This document shows, piece by piece, positions 37,158-46,902 of a stretch of DNA of 59,640 nt (the stretch's first letter is position 1; every line of letters starts with the position of its first letter). Source of the DNA: Methanobacteriota archaeon (GTDB lineage Archaea > JAADCQ01 > Methanopyri > Methanopyrales > Methanopyraceae); assembly GCA_027064305.1 (NCBI GenBank), contig JAMOPY010000036.1, positions 1-59,640 of the forward strand, read 5' to 3'. Position numbers and translations under genes: made by a program. Under the pieces are notes generated by a model, which saw nothing but the letters and a program-made list of their open reading frames with translations, was not told where the DNA came from and made no database searches.

Positions 37158-38663
37158 GTGCCCCCGCTGACCCGGCGCGGCGTCGACGCCATCGCGCTGA
37201 CCTCCCTCGCGCTGATCTCACTGATCTTCCTAATCGAGGTCCCCCTCCACGTACCCCTCACCCCCTACCTGTACGTCACCGGGGCGGCGAACCTCAAGGC
37301 CGTCACCGAGAGCCTCCGAGCGCGCGAGCTCCCCGAGTGGAACCCGTACCTGGGCGGCGGATACCCGCTGGCCCCCACCCCTTACTACCTGCTCTACGGG
37401 CTGGGCAAGTGGACCCTGATACCCACCCTGCTGGCCCTCTCCGCGTGGACGTACCGGGCCTGGAGATCCCGGCTCCTGGCCGCCATCGCCTCCGTGACGG
37501 GACTCACCGCGTCCCTTTACACCCTCAGTCCGGCGCCGGCGCTGCTCTCCTGCTACCTATCCGGGCTGGCGGCGGACTCGCCCGCCCGACGGGCTCTGGG
37601 CTCCCTCTTCTCACCGGAACTAGCCCTGAGCGCGGAGCTGTCGCTCCGGCGCGCCTCCCCCTGGCCGATCCTCGTCTCCGCCTCCTGCGCCGCCGACGAC
37701 GCCCTCGCCCTACTGTACCCAGCGACCGCCCAGTTCACCGGGATAACCCTGATCTCGCACCTGACGATACTGACGGTGGCCCTCCTCGCGACGTCGGCCA
37801 CCTCCTACTTCCTGAGCCGGACGATCAACACCCGGTGGAAGGCCCCGATGGCCCTCTCGGCCGGGATGTCGGTCGCCTCGCTGATGTACCCGGGGGCTGC
37901 ACTGAGCCTGGCGTTCCCGTACACGGTGCTCCTGTCGTGGGCGCTCCGGCGCGCCGACCTCACCCTTTCGCGGCTGGAGCGGCGATACCGGCCGATGCTC
38001 CTAACCGCCGCGCTGACCCCACTGACGCTCACCCAGGCAGCCCTCGCACCCCTGTCCACCCTGTCGGAGCCCCGGATGACCGTGGCCGGCACGATCACCG
38101 TGGGACCCGGCGGGCCCGGGGTCGCCACCGCGATCGTGTCGAGCGACCCGTGGTTCACGGAGGTCGTGCGCCGGGTGCTGCGAGGAGAGGTCGTGGTCAA
38201 CCCGCCCTCGGTGTCCACCACGCCCGCGTCGATCACGCTGGCGTTGCTGATGAGCCAGGTAGGGGACACCCGGTACCTGACCGTCAACCCGACGGCGGCG
38301 CCGGCGATGGTCCTACCGCGGTTCAAGGTGGCGAGGATCGTCTCCCCAAGCCGCCTGGCGATCCGCTCCCTGGACCAGGCGACCCTCGCGACCGAGTGGG
38401 TCCGACGGAATCGGGGCGCCCGGATCCTCCGGGAACCGCGCGCGGTAACCCCCCGGACCATACTCGGTCATGGCCTGGTGGCGCAATCGTTCAGTCCCTG
38501 GTGGAGGCCCGCGGCCAACCGGAGGCCCGGACCCGGCGGGCTGATGATCCTCCACGGTCGGGTCCGTTACGATCGTCCCACGGCCCCGGTCAGCCTCCTC
38601 CTCACCCTAGCGGGCGTCGCCGCCGCGATCCCGGCGAGGAAGAGGAGGACGGAGCAAGCGTAA
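37158..38663 (+). CDS. Polytopic membrane protein, PTPS-related/YfhO-like (paralog 2, divergent)
   Basis: 'LPEWNPYLGGGYP', multiple TM helices, 'SFSPWW', C-terminal TM plus RKRR; GTG after GGGGTGAGG. Confidence 0.6.
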   Translation: MPPLTRRGVDAIALTSLALISLIFLIEVPLHVPLTPYLYVTGAANLKAVTESLRARELPEWNPYLGGGYPLAPTPYYLLYGLGKWTLIPTLLALSAWTYRAWRSRLLAAIASVTGLTASLYTLSPAPALLSCYLSGLAADSPARRALGSLFSPELALSAELSLRRASPWPILVSASCAADDALALLYPATAQFTGITLISHLTILTVALLATSATSYFLSRTINTRWKAPMALSAGMSVASLMYPGAALSLAFPYTVLLSWALRRADLTLSRLERRYRPMLLTAALTPLTLTQAALAPLSTLSEPRMTVAGTITVGPGGPGVATAIVSSDPWFTEVVRRVLRGEVVVNPPSVSTTPASITLALLMSQVGDTRYLTVNPTAAPAMVLPRFKVARIVSPSRLAIRSLDQATLATEWVRRNRGARILREPRAVTPRTILGHGLVAQSFSPWWRPAANRRPGPGGLMILHGRVRYDRPTAPVSLLLTLAGVAAAIPARKRRTEQA

Positions 38664-40750
38664 GCCGGTCGCTGATGCCGCTCCCATCCCACGTAGTGAA
38701 GCCTGGCCACCCCACCCTCCAGCCTGACCAGCGTGTACGGGCCGACGGGGCACGTCTTCCCCTCCCGCCCGTTCACCGCCCAGAACGGCGCCCAACCCCA
38801 CGGGATCAGGGCCAGCCTGGCCCGCACGCCAGTCACCACCATCCGATCGTTCGAGACCAGCCGGACGGAGTGCTCCCGCCGAGCCTCCGACCACCGGACG
38901 GTTGATACCAGGAGGGGCCGCAGGACGCGTCCCGGCAGGGGCCGGTGCACCGGGCCCACCACGAGGGGCCGCTTGCCGTACCGACGCACGAGACGGACGA
39001 TCCTCCCGGGGTCAGACCCGTCCAGCGCCGGTGAGGAGTAAGCGACGATGACGATCCTGGCCTTCCTTACCAGTCGACTCAGGCCCGGGTATCCGGCGGC
39101 CTCCGGGTCCACGACCAGCACGTCGCCAGTCCAGTACCGGGACGCATCCAGCTGCTGACGGTGCAAGAGGTCCGTGGGGCGCAGGCACGGGATCACGGGG
39201 AGGCTCCCGTCGGGCGCGTGCCGCACCACGTTCAGCCATAGGTAGCTGTAGTCCGTGAAGGAACCCACGTAAAGCACTCGGACCCGGTCGACCGGGAGCG
39301 CGTCCCAGAGCCGCACCTCGGATCGCACCCGCGGCGGTCGCACCACGTCGTACGGTCCATTCATGCCGGTGGGCCAGGACGAGACCTCCAGCCTCCCGGT
39401 GGGTAACAGGGTCAGCACCTTCCGGGCCGACTCCAGGTCGAAGGGCTGGTTGGCCCCGGGCCGATGAACGTAGTCGCTGTACCCGCTGGCCTCCAACCCC
39501 AGCGGGTAGTACGCGGCCGTCAGCACCCTGATCGTCGGCTCCGAGGACCCCTGGTGGAACGCCCCGGCCAGCGAGAAACCCAGCCTTCCCTGCCTCCACG
39601 GGAAGATGGAGTCGGCCGTGCCGGCGATCAAGTCCCGGTGCGCGTGCCCGTCGCAGCGTCCCACCAGGAGGCTCGACAGGTGCGTCCACGGCAGCGCGAT
39701 CGATCCGAGCGTCACGAGCCCGACCAGCGGGATCCCCAGCAGCGCCCACGTCGGCGACGGCGACCGCCGGCGACCGACCCGAGCGACCCCGACCGTCAGG
39801 GCCAGGGACGGGACGATGGGCAGCCGCTGCAGGTCCAGCTGCGTGAGCGTCTTCAGCGATCCCACCATGAGCTTCCCGGCCCCGGGCGAGACCATGCATA
39901 GGCCCGCGAGCGTCGCCAGGCAGGCCGTGGAACCCAGGTACACCGCCGTCCGACGCGAGTCCAGCAGGGAGACGAGCACCGTCACGACGGTGAGCGCGGA
40001 GAGCAGCAGCAGGTGCAGCGACGCTATGGCCGTCGACACCGGGTAGATGAGGTGACACGAGGCGGGCACGTTGCTGAAGCTCAGCCGCCCGAACTCGTAC
40101 GCGACGTAGAGCACCGGGGACGCGGCCAGCACCGGTACCAGGAAGAACCGGGACTCCAGGAGCGCCAGCGCGACGGTCGGGAGCAGCATGTAGACGAAGT
40201 TCGACAGGATTGAGACGTAGAGCAGCGACGCGGAGGCCAGGAGTCGGGGACCCTCACCCAGCCTCGAGTACCACACGATCACGGCGGTGGTGAACGCGCA
40301 GTACGCCAGCGTCGTCGCGACCCGCACGTACGCCGCGTTGTGCACCAGGTACACCGGGTACAGGAGCAGATAGGCGAGTAGGGCCCCGAGGGAGCCCGGG
40401 GTGTCGGCCCCCAGCAGCCGGAGCGCGACCCAGGCCAACACCGGTACCATCCGGTACGCGTACTCGGACACCGCGCACGCCAGGGCCGGATCCAGGTACC
40501 GCGTTAACAGCGCCGGGAGGAGGAACGGCACCACCGGGTAGTTGACCAGGGGCGGCCGACCCAGGTACGAGTACGGGTCCCAGTCCCCGCCCGACGGCCC
40601 GTACCGACCGAGCAGGTACGCCTTCACCGCCTGAACGACCAAGTCGAGGTCCGTCGGCAGCGAGCCCGCGCCCGTGCAGCAGTCCCAGACCATCGGCGCC
40701 AGCATCAGAACCACGAGCCCGATGAGCACCACCGTAACCTCGGTCTCCAA
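38567..40750 (-). CDS. Polytopic membrane protein, PTPS-related/YfhO-like putative GT-C glycosyltransferase (paralog 3)
   Basis: 'GDWDPYSYLGRPP..NYPV.PFL', 'VRVATT', 'GAF.QG.SEP', 'YVGSF..Y', 'PWGWAPFWAVNGREG' shared with paralog 1. Confidence 0.65.
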   Translation of the reverse strand: METEVTVVLIGLVVLMLAPMVWDCCTGAGSLPTDLDLVVQAVKAYLLGRYGPSGGDWDPYSYLGRPPLVNYPVVPFLLPALLTRYLDPALACAVSEYAYRMVPVLAWVALRLLGADTPGSLGALLAYLLLYPVYLVHNAAYVRVATTLAYCAFTTAVIVWYSRLGEGPRLLASASLLYVSILSNFVYMLLPTVALALLESRFFLVPVLAASPVLYVAYEFGRLSFSNVPASCHLIYPVSTAIASLHLLLLSALTVVTVLVSLLDSRRTAVYLGSTACLATLAGLCMVSPGAGKLMVGSLKTLTQLDLQRLPIVPSLALTVGVARVGRRRSPSPTWALLGIPLVGLVTLGSIALPWTHLSSLLVGRCDGHAHRDLIAGTADSIFPWRQGRLGFSLAGAFHQGSSEPTIRVLTAAYYPLGLEASGYSDYVHRPGANQPFDLESARKVLTLLPTGRLEVSSWPTGMNGPYDVVRPPRVRSEVRLWDALPVDRVRVLYVGSFTDYSYLWLNVVRHAPDGSLPVIPCLRPTDLLHRQQLDASRYWTGDVLVVDPEAAGYPGLSRLVRKARIVIVAYSSPALDGSDPGRIVRLVRRYGKRPLVVGPVHRPLPGRVLRPLLVSTVRWSEARREHSVRLVSNDRMVVTGVRARLALIPWGWAPFWAVNGREGKTCPVGPYTLVRLEGGVARLHYVGWERHQRPAYACSVLLFLAGIAAATPARVRRRLTGAVGRS

Positions 40751-41295
40751 ACGTAGACTCCCCTGAACGCGCGCTCGGGTAACACGGCGATCACCGAGCC
40801 GCGCTCGAGGATCAGGTAGACCTCCCCGAACGCGCGCCGCACCTCGACCCGATCACCCCGCACCACCACCGGACCGCGCGGGCACAGGATGACGAGCCCC
40901 CGACCCGTCGGCACCGGGAACCCGCGGAGAAGCAGCTCGGCCCTGGAGGCCGCCATCCCGTACCCCGACACCCTCGCGTCGTCCGACACCTTTAGCAACC
41001 GGGCCCACCCCTCCCCCGGCGAGGCGACGGAGGGGCCGAGCGCGAGCCGGCCCGGACCGTCCACCCGCCACCCCCAGACGAGGATCTCCGAGGCCTGGGT
41101 GACCCTCCACGGCTCCCACGCGTCCGTCGCCGGCCCCACCACCACCGGCAGCTCCGTCACCCTGAGCGCGTCACGAAGCCACGGGTAGGTTACCTTCCCC
41201 TCCCGGATCACGTATCGGGGCTCCGACGACGCCCAAGCCACCGCGATCCACAGCCCGAGAACGAGGACCGCCGCCGCGATCTTCACGACCCTCAC
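40705..41295 (-). CDS. Hypothetical exported protein
   Basis: Signal-like N-term 'VKIAAAVLVLGLWIAVAWA'; coupled to paralog 3. Confidence 0.55.
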   Translation of the reverse strand: MRVVKIAAAVLVLGLWIAVAWASSEPRYVIREGKVTYPWLRDALRVTELPVVVGPATDAWEPWRVTQASEILVWGWRVDGPGRLALGPSVASPGEGWARLLKVSDDARVSGYGMAASRAELLLRGFPVPTGRGLVILCPRGPVVVRGDRVEVRRAFGEVYLILERGSVIAVLPERAFRGVYVWRPRLRWCSSGSWF

Positions 41296-41320
41296 GCCGG
41301 CGCTCACGGGGGCGAGATCG

Positions 41321-42097
41321 GTGCCCAACGAGGCCCGCCCGCCCCTACCCCTGCGATCCTCGGTCGTTGCGGCGCTGGCCGTGATCATGCTGGCGAAAGG
41401 GTACTTTCACGCGTGGACGGCCGCGACGACGGAGCACGTTCACCGCGCGGTGAAGGTTATGAGCGTTAAAAGGTTGCCGGCAGAGACCGCGGGTGACCTG
41501 GAGCCGGGCCCTCACCCGGTGTTCGCGTGGTACCGGGACCCCACCGCCTACGCGACCGTCCGCTTTCAGGGAGGCTACGAGGTGGTGCCGGTGCCGCACA
41601 CCCTGCTCCGATACCGAGCGGTGGTCCGTGGGAGCCGAGTGGACGTGCATCTGGGCCCGGTGTCGGCACCGTTCACGATCGTCTGCAGGGGCGTGCCGCG
41701 GGTCTCGGTGAGCTACCCGGAGGTTCGGGTGAGCGGGCCGTGCTCCATCGTGTTCCTCCGATCCTACGTCTGGTCTGGTCGGGGCTCGTGTCCGATCCCC
41801 GCGACGATCGTCCACGGCAAGATGCTCAGGGGGTACCGAGGTAAGGCCCGCTCCGTGACCGTCCTTTCCCTGGCCAGGATACCCGTGGTCACCTCGGTGC
41901 TGCTGTTCTTCGGCGCCACCGTCCCGCTGGAGATCGTGTCCGTGAAGGCCGAGTCCGGGTACTTGGAGGTCGACGGCGTTCAAGGGGTCATCCGATCCCG
42001 GGGGACGGTCTCGATCCGGTGGGAGCCCATCGTCGTGCCCAACCTGACCTACCAGGACCTGGTGTGGAGGTGCGCCGGCTGGCCCTACCGCCTCTAG
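41321..42097 (+). CDS. Hypothetical exported beta-rich protein
   Basis: N-terminal hydrophobic segment, Val-rich body; fills the gap. Confidence 0.55.
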   Translation: MPNEARPPLPLRSSVVAALAVIMLAKGYFHAWTAATTEHVHRAVKVMSVKRLPAETAGDLEPGPHPVFAWYRDPTAYATVRFQGGYEVVPVPHTLLRYRAVVRGSRVDVHLGPVSAPFTIVCRGVPRVSVSYPEVRVSGPCSIVFLRSYVWSGRGSCPIPATIVHGKMLRGYRGKARSVTVLSLARIPVVTSVLLFFGATVPLEIVSVKAESGYLEVDGVQGVIRSRGTVSIRWEPIVVPNLTYQDLVWRCAGWPYRL

Positions 42098-42660
42098 CCG
42101 CCCGCCGGCCGCTTCATCCTTAGGAGGATCCACCACGTCATCGCCTCCAGCCCCACCGCCGCGCCCACCGCCGCCAGGAACTGCGGAATCACCGAGGGTA
42201 GCGGCACGATGGGCCACGCTTGGTACCTGTACGCGGCCACGAGAACGTTGGACGCCGCCGTGATCACCGAGCCGAGGGCCAGCGACTCCCGCGGTCCCGG
42301 CCTCCGAATCTCGCTCACGATCCACGCCGCGGTCAGCGCGCCCGAGTAGAGCACGTCCGCCCACTGGTCCACGCCCGCGGTCACGACCGCGAGCGCCGAC
42401 CCCACGGCGTAGACCAGGATCGCCGCGTCCACCACCCCGTACGTCAGCAGCACCGGGGCCCCGGTGAGGTACGCGTACAGGTTGCCGGGCACGGGAATGA
42501 AGATCCCGTACGTCAGGAGCAGGACCGGGGACAGGTAAACCAGCGAGTACAGCTGGACCAGCGTGCCGCCCAGCCTGCGCGCCACCAGGTACAGCGAGAC
42601 CGCGAACGGCAGGCTCGTGATCGCGGTGTTAACGATCACCACCGTCCTCGGATCCAACAT
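42094..42660 (-). CDS. Hypothetical membrane protein
   Basis: About six hydrophobic helices. Confidence 0.65.
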   Translation of the reverse strand: MLDPRTVVIVNTAITSLPFAVSLYLVARRLGGTLVQLYSLVYLSPVLLLTYGIFIPVPGNLYAYLTGAPVLLTYGVVDAAILVYAVGSALAVVTAGVDQWADVLYSGALTAAWIVSEIRRPGPRESLALGSVITAASNVLVAAYRYQAWPIVPLPSVIPQFLAAVGAAVGLEAMTWWILLRMKRPAGG

Positions 42661-43057
42661 GCGCGGATCTCCCGACGAACGCCCTCGTGAGCTCTCGCAG
42701 GTAGAGGCGCAGGGCGCTCCGGACGTCGCCCTCCTTCAGGGCCCGTTCCAGCTCCTCCTCCGACCCCGTTTCCAGGGACTCGCGCCGGCGATCGGCCAGT
42801 CCTCGGGCCGCCTCTAGCAGCGTCCTCTCCCCGGTCAACCCGTACAGGGCGACCAACGCGGCCTCCGACGCGAGGCTGAACTCCGGCGGGGTCCACGGGA
42901 CCCGGGAGAACACGATCACGAAGGCGATCATCAGCGTCAGCGCGATCAGCAGCGGGGCCAGCGCGATCACCAGGACGATCAGGAGGGCGGGGAGCACGAC
43001 GACCAGGAAGAAAACGTACGCGAGGGATCGGACCGCCTCGCCGCGAGCCTCACCCAC
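42629..43057 (-). CDS. Hypothetical membrane protein (two TM helices plus helical domain)
   Basis: Hydrophobic N-half; directly follows the nucleotidyltransferase stop. Confidence 0.6.
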   Translation of the reverse strand: MGEARGEAVRSLAYVFFLVVVLPALLIVLVIALAPLLIALTLMIAFVIVFSRVPWTPPEFSLASEAALVALYGLTGERTLLEAARGLADRRRESLETGSEEELERALKEGDVRSALRLYLRELTRAFVGRSAHVGSEDGGDR

Positions 43058-44158
43058 CTAGATCACCCACCGGTCCTCCAGGTCCTCGCTCACTTCCTTA
43101 CCGGGGGCCACCCGGACGGACCTCAGCGTGCACCCCTCCACCTCGGCGTCGTGCCCGAGCACGCACCCATCCAGCTCGGCGTCCCGAACCCGGCACCGCT
43201 CCGCAACGATCGAGTCCCGAATCTCCGCGTTCTCCACGCGCGCATCCGCCAGGATGACCGAGTTCTCGATCACGGACCCGCCGATCCGGACCCGCCCCCC
43301 GACGTACACGTAGGGCCCGATCGTCGAGCCCCGGAGCTCGCTCATCGGGTCGATCACCACGGGATCCCGTAAGGTCGCGCCGTCCGACCTGACCCCCACC
43401 AGCGCCCGGTCCGAGCACTCGTGATCCATGAGCATCCGGTGGGCCTCCAGGTACGTCTCCGGGAGCCCGACGTCGATCCAGTACCCCTCGAACCTGAACC
43501 CGTACAGGAGCCCCTCCTCGGCCAGCCGCGGAAAGACCTCGCGCTCGATGGAGACGGGCCGACCCTCGGGGATGTAATCGAGCACCTCCCGGTCCAGGAC
43601 GTAGGCGCCGGCGTTGATCAGGTTGGACGGCGCCTCCTCCGGGTCCGGCTTCTCGACGAAGCGGCGGATCCGATCCTCCCCGTCCAGCTCCACGACGCCG
43701 AACCGGGAGACCTCGTCCTCGGGCACCGGGTACAGGGCGACCGTCGCGATGCCGTCGTGCTCCCGGTGGAACCTGAGCATCTCGCGCACGTTCAGGGACG
43801 AAATAACATCCCCGTTGAAGACGATGAACGCGTCGGCGGTCGAGTCCCTGCAGGCGAACTTGATCGCGCCCGCCGTGTCCAGGGGCCGGGGCTCCACCCT
43901 CAGACGGAGCCGACGCGGCAGCGGGTTGCACTCGACGTACCGCTCCAGCTTCTCGGAGCTGAAGCCCGCGGCCAGGTACACGTGCACGACGTCGTCGGGC
44001 AGCCCCCGGATCACCCACTCAAGCAGCGGCCGACCGAGGATCGGGACCAGGGGCTTGGGCGTGTCCCACGTGAGCGGCCTCAGCCGGGTGCCGAACCCGC
44101 CCGCCAGGACCACCGCGTCCACGTTCAACGTCGCGACCCCGGCTACAGGTGCTCCCAC
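43058..44158 (-). CDS. NDP-sugar pyrophosphorylase (mannose-1-phosphate guanylyltransferase-like)
   Basis: 'LAGGFGTRLRPLT...PKP', 'PLDTAGA', 'FVEKP', 'INAG.Y', 'SIERE.FP', left-handed beta-helix tail. Confidence 0.85.
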   Translation of the reverse strand: MGAPVAGVATLNVDAVVLAGGFGTRLRPLTWDTPKPLVPILGRPLLEWVIRGLPDDVVHVYLAAGFSSEKLERYVECNPLPRRLRLRVEPRPLDTAGAIKFACRDSTADAFIVFNGDVISSLNVREMLRFHREHDGIATVALYPVPEDEVSRFGVVELDGEDRIRRFVEKPDPEEAPSNLINAGAYVLDREVLDYIPEGRPVSIEREVFPRLAEEGLLYGFRFEGYWIDVGLPETYLEAHRMLMDHECSDRALVGVRSDGATLRDPVVIDPMSELRGSTIGPYVYVGGRVRIGGSVIENSVILADARVENAEIRDSIVAERCRVRDAELDGCVLGHDAEVEGCTLRSVRVAPGKEVSEDLEDRWVI

Positions 44159-45072
44159 CAGTCCTTGGCGCGGGACGTGTTGACTGGCCCGTACGCCGCG
44201 TCGATCGCCAGGTACAGGCTGGGTAGGGCCACGATCGGCGCGTTCGGGTCGTCCGGATCGACCTTAACGTTTACCGCCTCCTCCGGCTCGAAGACGTGAG
44301 CCTCGCCCCCGGAGCGCTCCTCGATGAGCTCCGCGCTCCCCTCGTTCAGGCACACGTACAACCGGCGCGAGTGATCCCCGAAGAACCGGCCGTGAAAGAG
44401 CTCGTCGGTCGTGGTGGCCAGGGCGTTTGCGTCCCCCACCTCGACGGCCTTGAGGGCGGCCTGCTCGGCGGCGACGTGCAGGTACCCGTCCCCCACGAAG
44501 AACACCTTCTCGCACGCGCGCAGCGCCTCGACCAGCTCCTCGTTCGGCCCGCCCTCCAGGGCCCGCTCCACGCTCTCCGGAACCCCCGGATCCACCAGGT
44601 CCCGACCGACCATCTCGGAGACGTAGAGGCAGAACGCGTACATCGCGGCGACGATGGTCCGCGTGTTCAGGAAGCCCTCCTCCCGCTCCACCGGGATCAC
44701 GAGGACGGAGTCGGCCACGCGAGCCAGCGGGGAGTCCTCCTCGCACGTGACGGCCACCACCTCCGCGCGCTCGAAGCTCCGGGCCACCTCGTGGGAGTCC
44801 TTCCCCCCGGAGATGGAGAAGACGATGACCGCGTCCGACCCGTCCACCCACGGGGCCATCTTCCCGGGGTAGGGGGCAGCGGCCACCCGAGCCTCCCGGG
44901 TGAGCAGCATCGAGGCGTAGTAAGCCACGTGGTAACTGCTGCCGGAGCCCGTCGTGACGATGAACTCATGCCCCGTGAGGTCCGGACCCGTCGGTCGCTC
45001 CCTCAGGACGGCCCTGAGGGCCTCGGGCGTCCTCCTAACGTCGTTGACCATCCGCTCGCTCAAGCAGGACAC
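44143..45072 (-). CDS. Double SIS-domain phosphosugar isomerase-like protein
   Basis: 'TGSGSSY', 'SISG', 'SPLARVAD', 'ALKAVE', 'ELFHG'. Confidence 0.75.
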   Translation of the reverse strand: MSCLSERMVNDVRRTPEALRAVLRERPTGPDLTGHEFIVTTGSGSSYHVAYYASMLLTREARVAAAPYPGKMAPWVDGSDAVIVFSISGGKDSHEVARSFERAEVVAVTCEEDSPLARVADSVLVIPVEREEGFLNTRTIVAAMYAFCLYVSEMVGRDLVDPGVPESVERALEGGPNEELVEALRACEKVFFVGDGYLHVAAEQAALKAVEVGDANALATTTDELFHGRFFGDHSRRLYVCLNEGSAELIEERSGGEAHVFEPEEAVNVKVDPDDPNAPIVALPSLYLAIDAAYGPVNTSRAKDWWEHL

Positions 45073-45496
45073 CCCAGGTGATCACGTTGTTCATCCAGTA
45101 GTTCCACAGGGTGGCCGCCGCGATCCCGAACAGGGCCGAAACCATATAGTAAATATGGAGAAATGAGGTCAGCACCCATAGGACGGCTGTGTTTATCACC
45201 ATCCCACCCGCGCAGATCACGTTGAAGGACGCGAGACGCTTCAGGAAGTTGATCAAACCGGGATCGCGCCGGTCCCTCCACGTCCACAAGTCGTTCAATA
45301 TAAAGTTTGATACTATGGACACCTCCACTGCAATCACGTTTGAAATCAAGTAATATATGCCCACGATCTCGGTTAGAAACCACAGCAGCCCTAAGTTCAC
45401 GAAAACCCCGCTCAGCCCGACCAGTGAGAACTTCAGGAACCTCTCCGGGTCGTCGACGCCCGGCACCCTCTCCAGCAGCTCGAGTATCGGCCTCAA
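45035..45496 (-). CDS. GtrA-family (lipid-linked sugar flippase-like) protein
   Basis: 'FLKFSLVGLSGVFVNLG', 'SNFILNDLWTW', 'WNY..N..ITW'; TTG at 45496. Confidence 0.88.
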   Translation of the reverse strand: MRPILELLERVPGVDDPERFLKFSLVGLSGVFVNLGLLWFLTEIVGIYYLISNVIAVEVSIVSNFILNDLWTWRDRRDPGLINFLKRLASFNVICAGGMVINTAVLWVLTSFLHIYYMVSALFGIAAATLWNYWMNNVITWGVLLERADGQRR

Positions 45497-45521
45497 CGCT
45501 CCCTCACCCGGGGGAGACCCG

Positions 45522-46898
45522 ATGGGCCGGCTGTTCGGCACGTTCGGCGTCCGGGGCGTGGTCGGGGAGGACCTGACGGAGGATCTCGCGCGGCGGTTGG
45601 GCCTCGCCTTCGGCACGTACCTGGGGGGCGACGCCGAAGTCTTAATCGGTGGCGACACGAGGACCAGCACGGACACGCTCAAAGACGCGCTCGCCGCCGG
45701 ACTCACGGCCGCGGGCTGCGACGTGACCGACGTCGGCGTCGCGCCCACCCCGGCCGTGCAGTACCTCGTCGAGGCCGAGGGGTTCGACGCGGGCGCCGTG
45801 GTCACGGCCTCGCACAATCCACCCGAGTTCAACGGGATCAAGCTGCTGGGCCCCGACGGGTGCGGGCTCTCGAAGGAGGCGGAGCGGGAGATCGAGCGGA
45901 TCTACTTCGAGGAGGATGGGGAGCGGGTGGGCTGGCGGTCCGTCGGCGAGCGGACCCGCGCCCCCGAGCTCCTGAACGGCTTCGTGGACGCCGTCCTGGA
46001 CTACGTCGGCGACTTCGACGGCGAGGGACTCCGCGTCGTCGTCGACGCCGCCAACGGGGCCGGCGCCACGATCACGCCGCGCCTGCTCTCGGAGCTGGGG
46101 GTGGAGGTCGTCAGCGTGAACGCGCACCCGGACGGGCGCTTCCCGGGCCGCGAACCGGAACCCTCCGAGGAGAACCTGCGCGAGACCATGAGCATGGTCC
46201 GCGCCTCCGACGCCGACTTCGGCATGGCGCACGACGGGGACGCGGACCGGCTTATCCTGATCACCGGGGACGGCCAGTTCGTTCCCGGTGACTACTCCCT
46301 CGCCCTCCTCAGCGCATGGGCGCTGGAGGAGGGTAAGGGGCGCCAGATCGTCACCCCCGTCAGCTCGTCCATGTGCGTGCAGGAGGTGGCGGAGGAGCAC
46401 GGAGGCGAGGTCATCTGGACGAAGGTGGGCGAGCCGGTCGTCGTCGAGGAGCTCAAGCGCGCGGACGATCCCGCGCTCGGCGGGGAGGAGAACGGGGGGA
46501 TCATCTACCCGGACTTCCACCTCTCCCGGAACGGCATCATCACCGCCCTGCTGATCTGCCGGCTCGTCGCCGAGGAGGGATCGCTGAGCGACCTGCTGGC
46601 CCGGATCCCCCGATACCACCTGCACAAGACCGGCGTCGAGTGCCCCGACGACCTGAAGCCGCGCGTGATGGAGGAGGTGGAGTCCCTCGTTGAGGAGGAG
46701 CGGGAGGACGTCGAGGACGTGATCACCATCGACGGGGTGAAGCTGGTCTACGAGGACGGGTGGGTACTCATCCGACCCTCCGGTACGGAGCCCCTGATCC
46801 GCGTGTTCGGGGAGGCCCGGGACGAGGACACGGCCGTGCGGCGCGTGGAGAAGTGGCGCCGGCGCGTGAGGGAGATCGTCCGGAACCTGCAGGGGTAG
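45522..46898 (+). CDS. Phosphomannomutase/phosphoglucomutase (second phosphohexomutase)
   Basis: 'FGTFGVRG', 'TASHNP', 'DGDADR', 'GGEENG', 'RPSGTEP'. Confidence 0.88.
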   Translation: MGRLFGTFGVRGVVGEDLTEDLARRLGLAFGTYLGGDAEVLIGGDTRTSTDTLKDALAAGLTAAGCDVTDVGVAPTPAVQYLVEAEGFDAGAVVTASHNPPEFNGIKLLGPDGCGLSKEAEREIERIYFEEDGERVGWRSVGERTRAPELLNGFVDAVLDYVGDFDGEGLRVVVDAANGAGATITPRLLSELGVEVVSVNAHPDGRFPGREPEPSEENLRETMSMVRASDADFGMAHDGDADRLILITGDGQFVPGDYSLALLSAWALEEGKGRQIVTPVSSSMCVQEVAEEHGGEVIWTKVGEPVVVEELKRADDPALGGEENGGIIYPDFHLSRNGIITALLICRLVAEEGSLSDLLARIPRYHLHKTGVECPDDLKPRVMEEVESLVEEEREDVEDVITIDGVKLVYEDGWVLIRPSGTEPLIRVFGEARDEDTAVRRVEKWRRRVREIVRNLQG

Positions 46899-46902
46899 CC
46901 GG

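Noticed and set aside
42614-42636. Degenerate fourth palindrome copy CTCGTGA-N9-TAACGAT
   Set aside because: Two mismatches in one arm and inside coding sequence; could be chance
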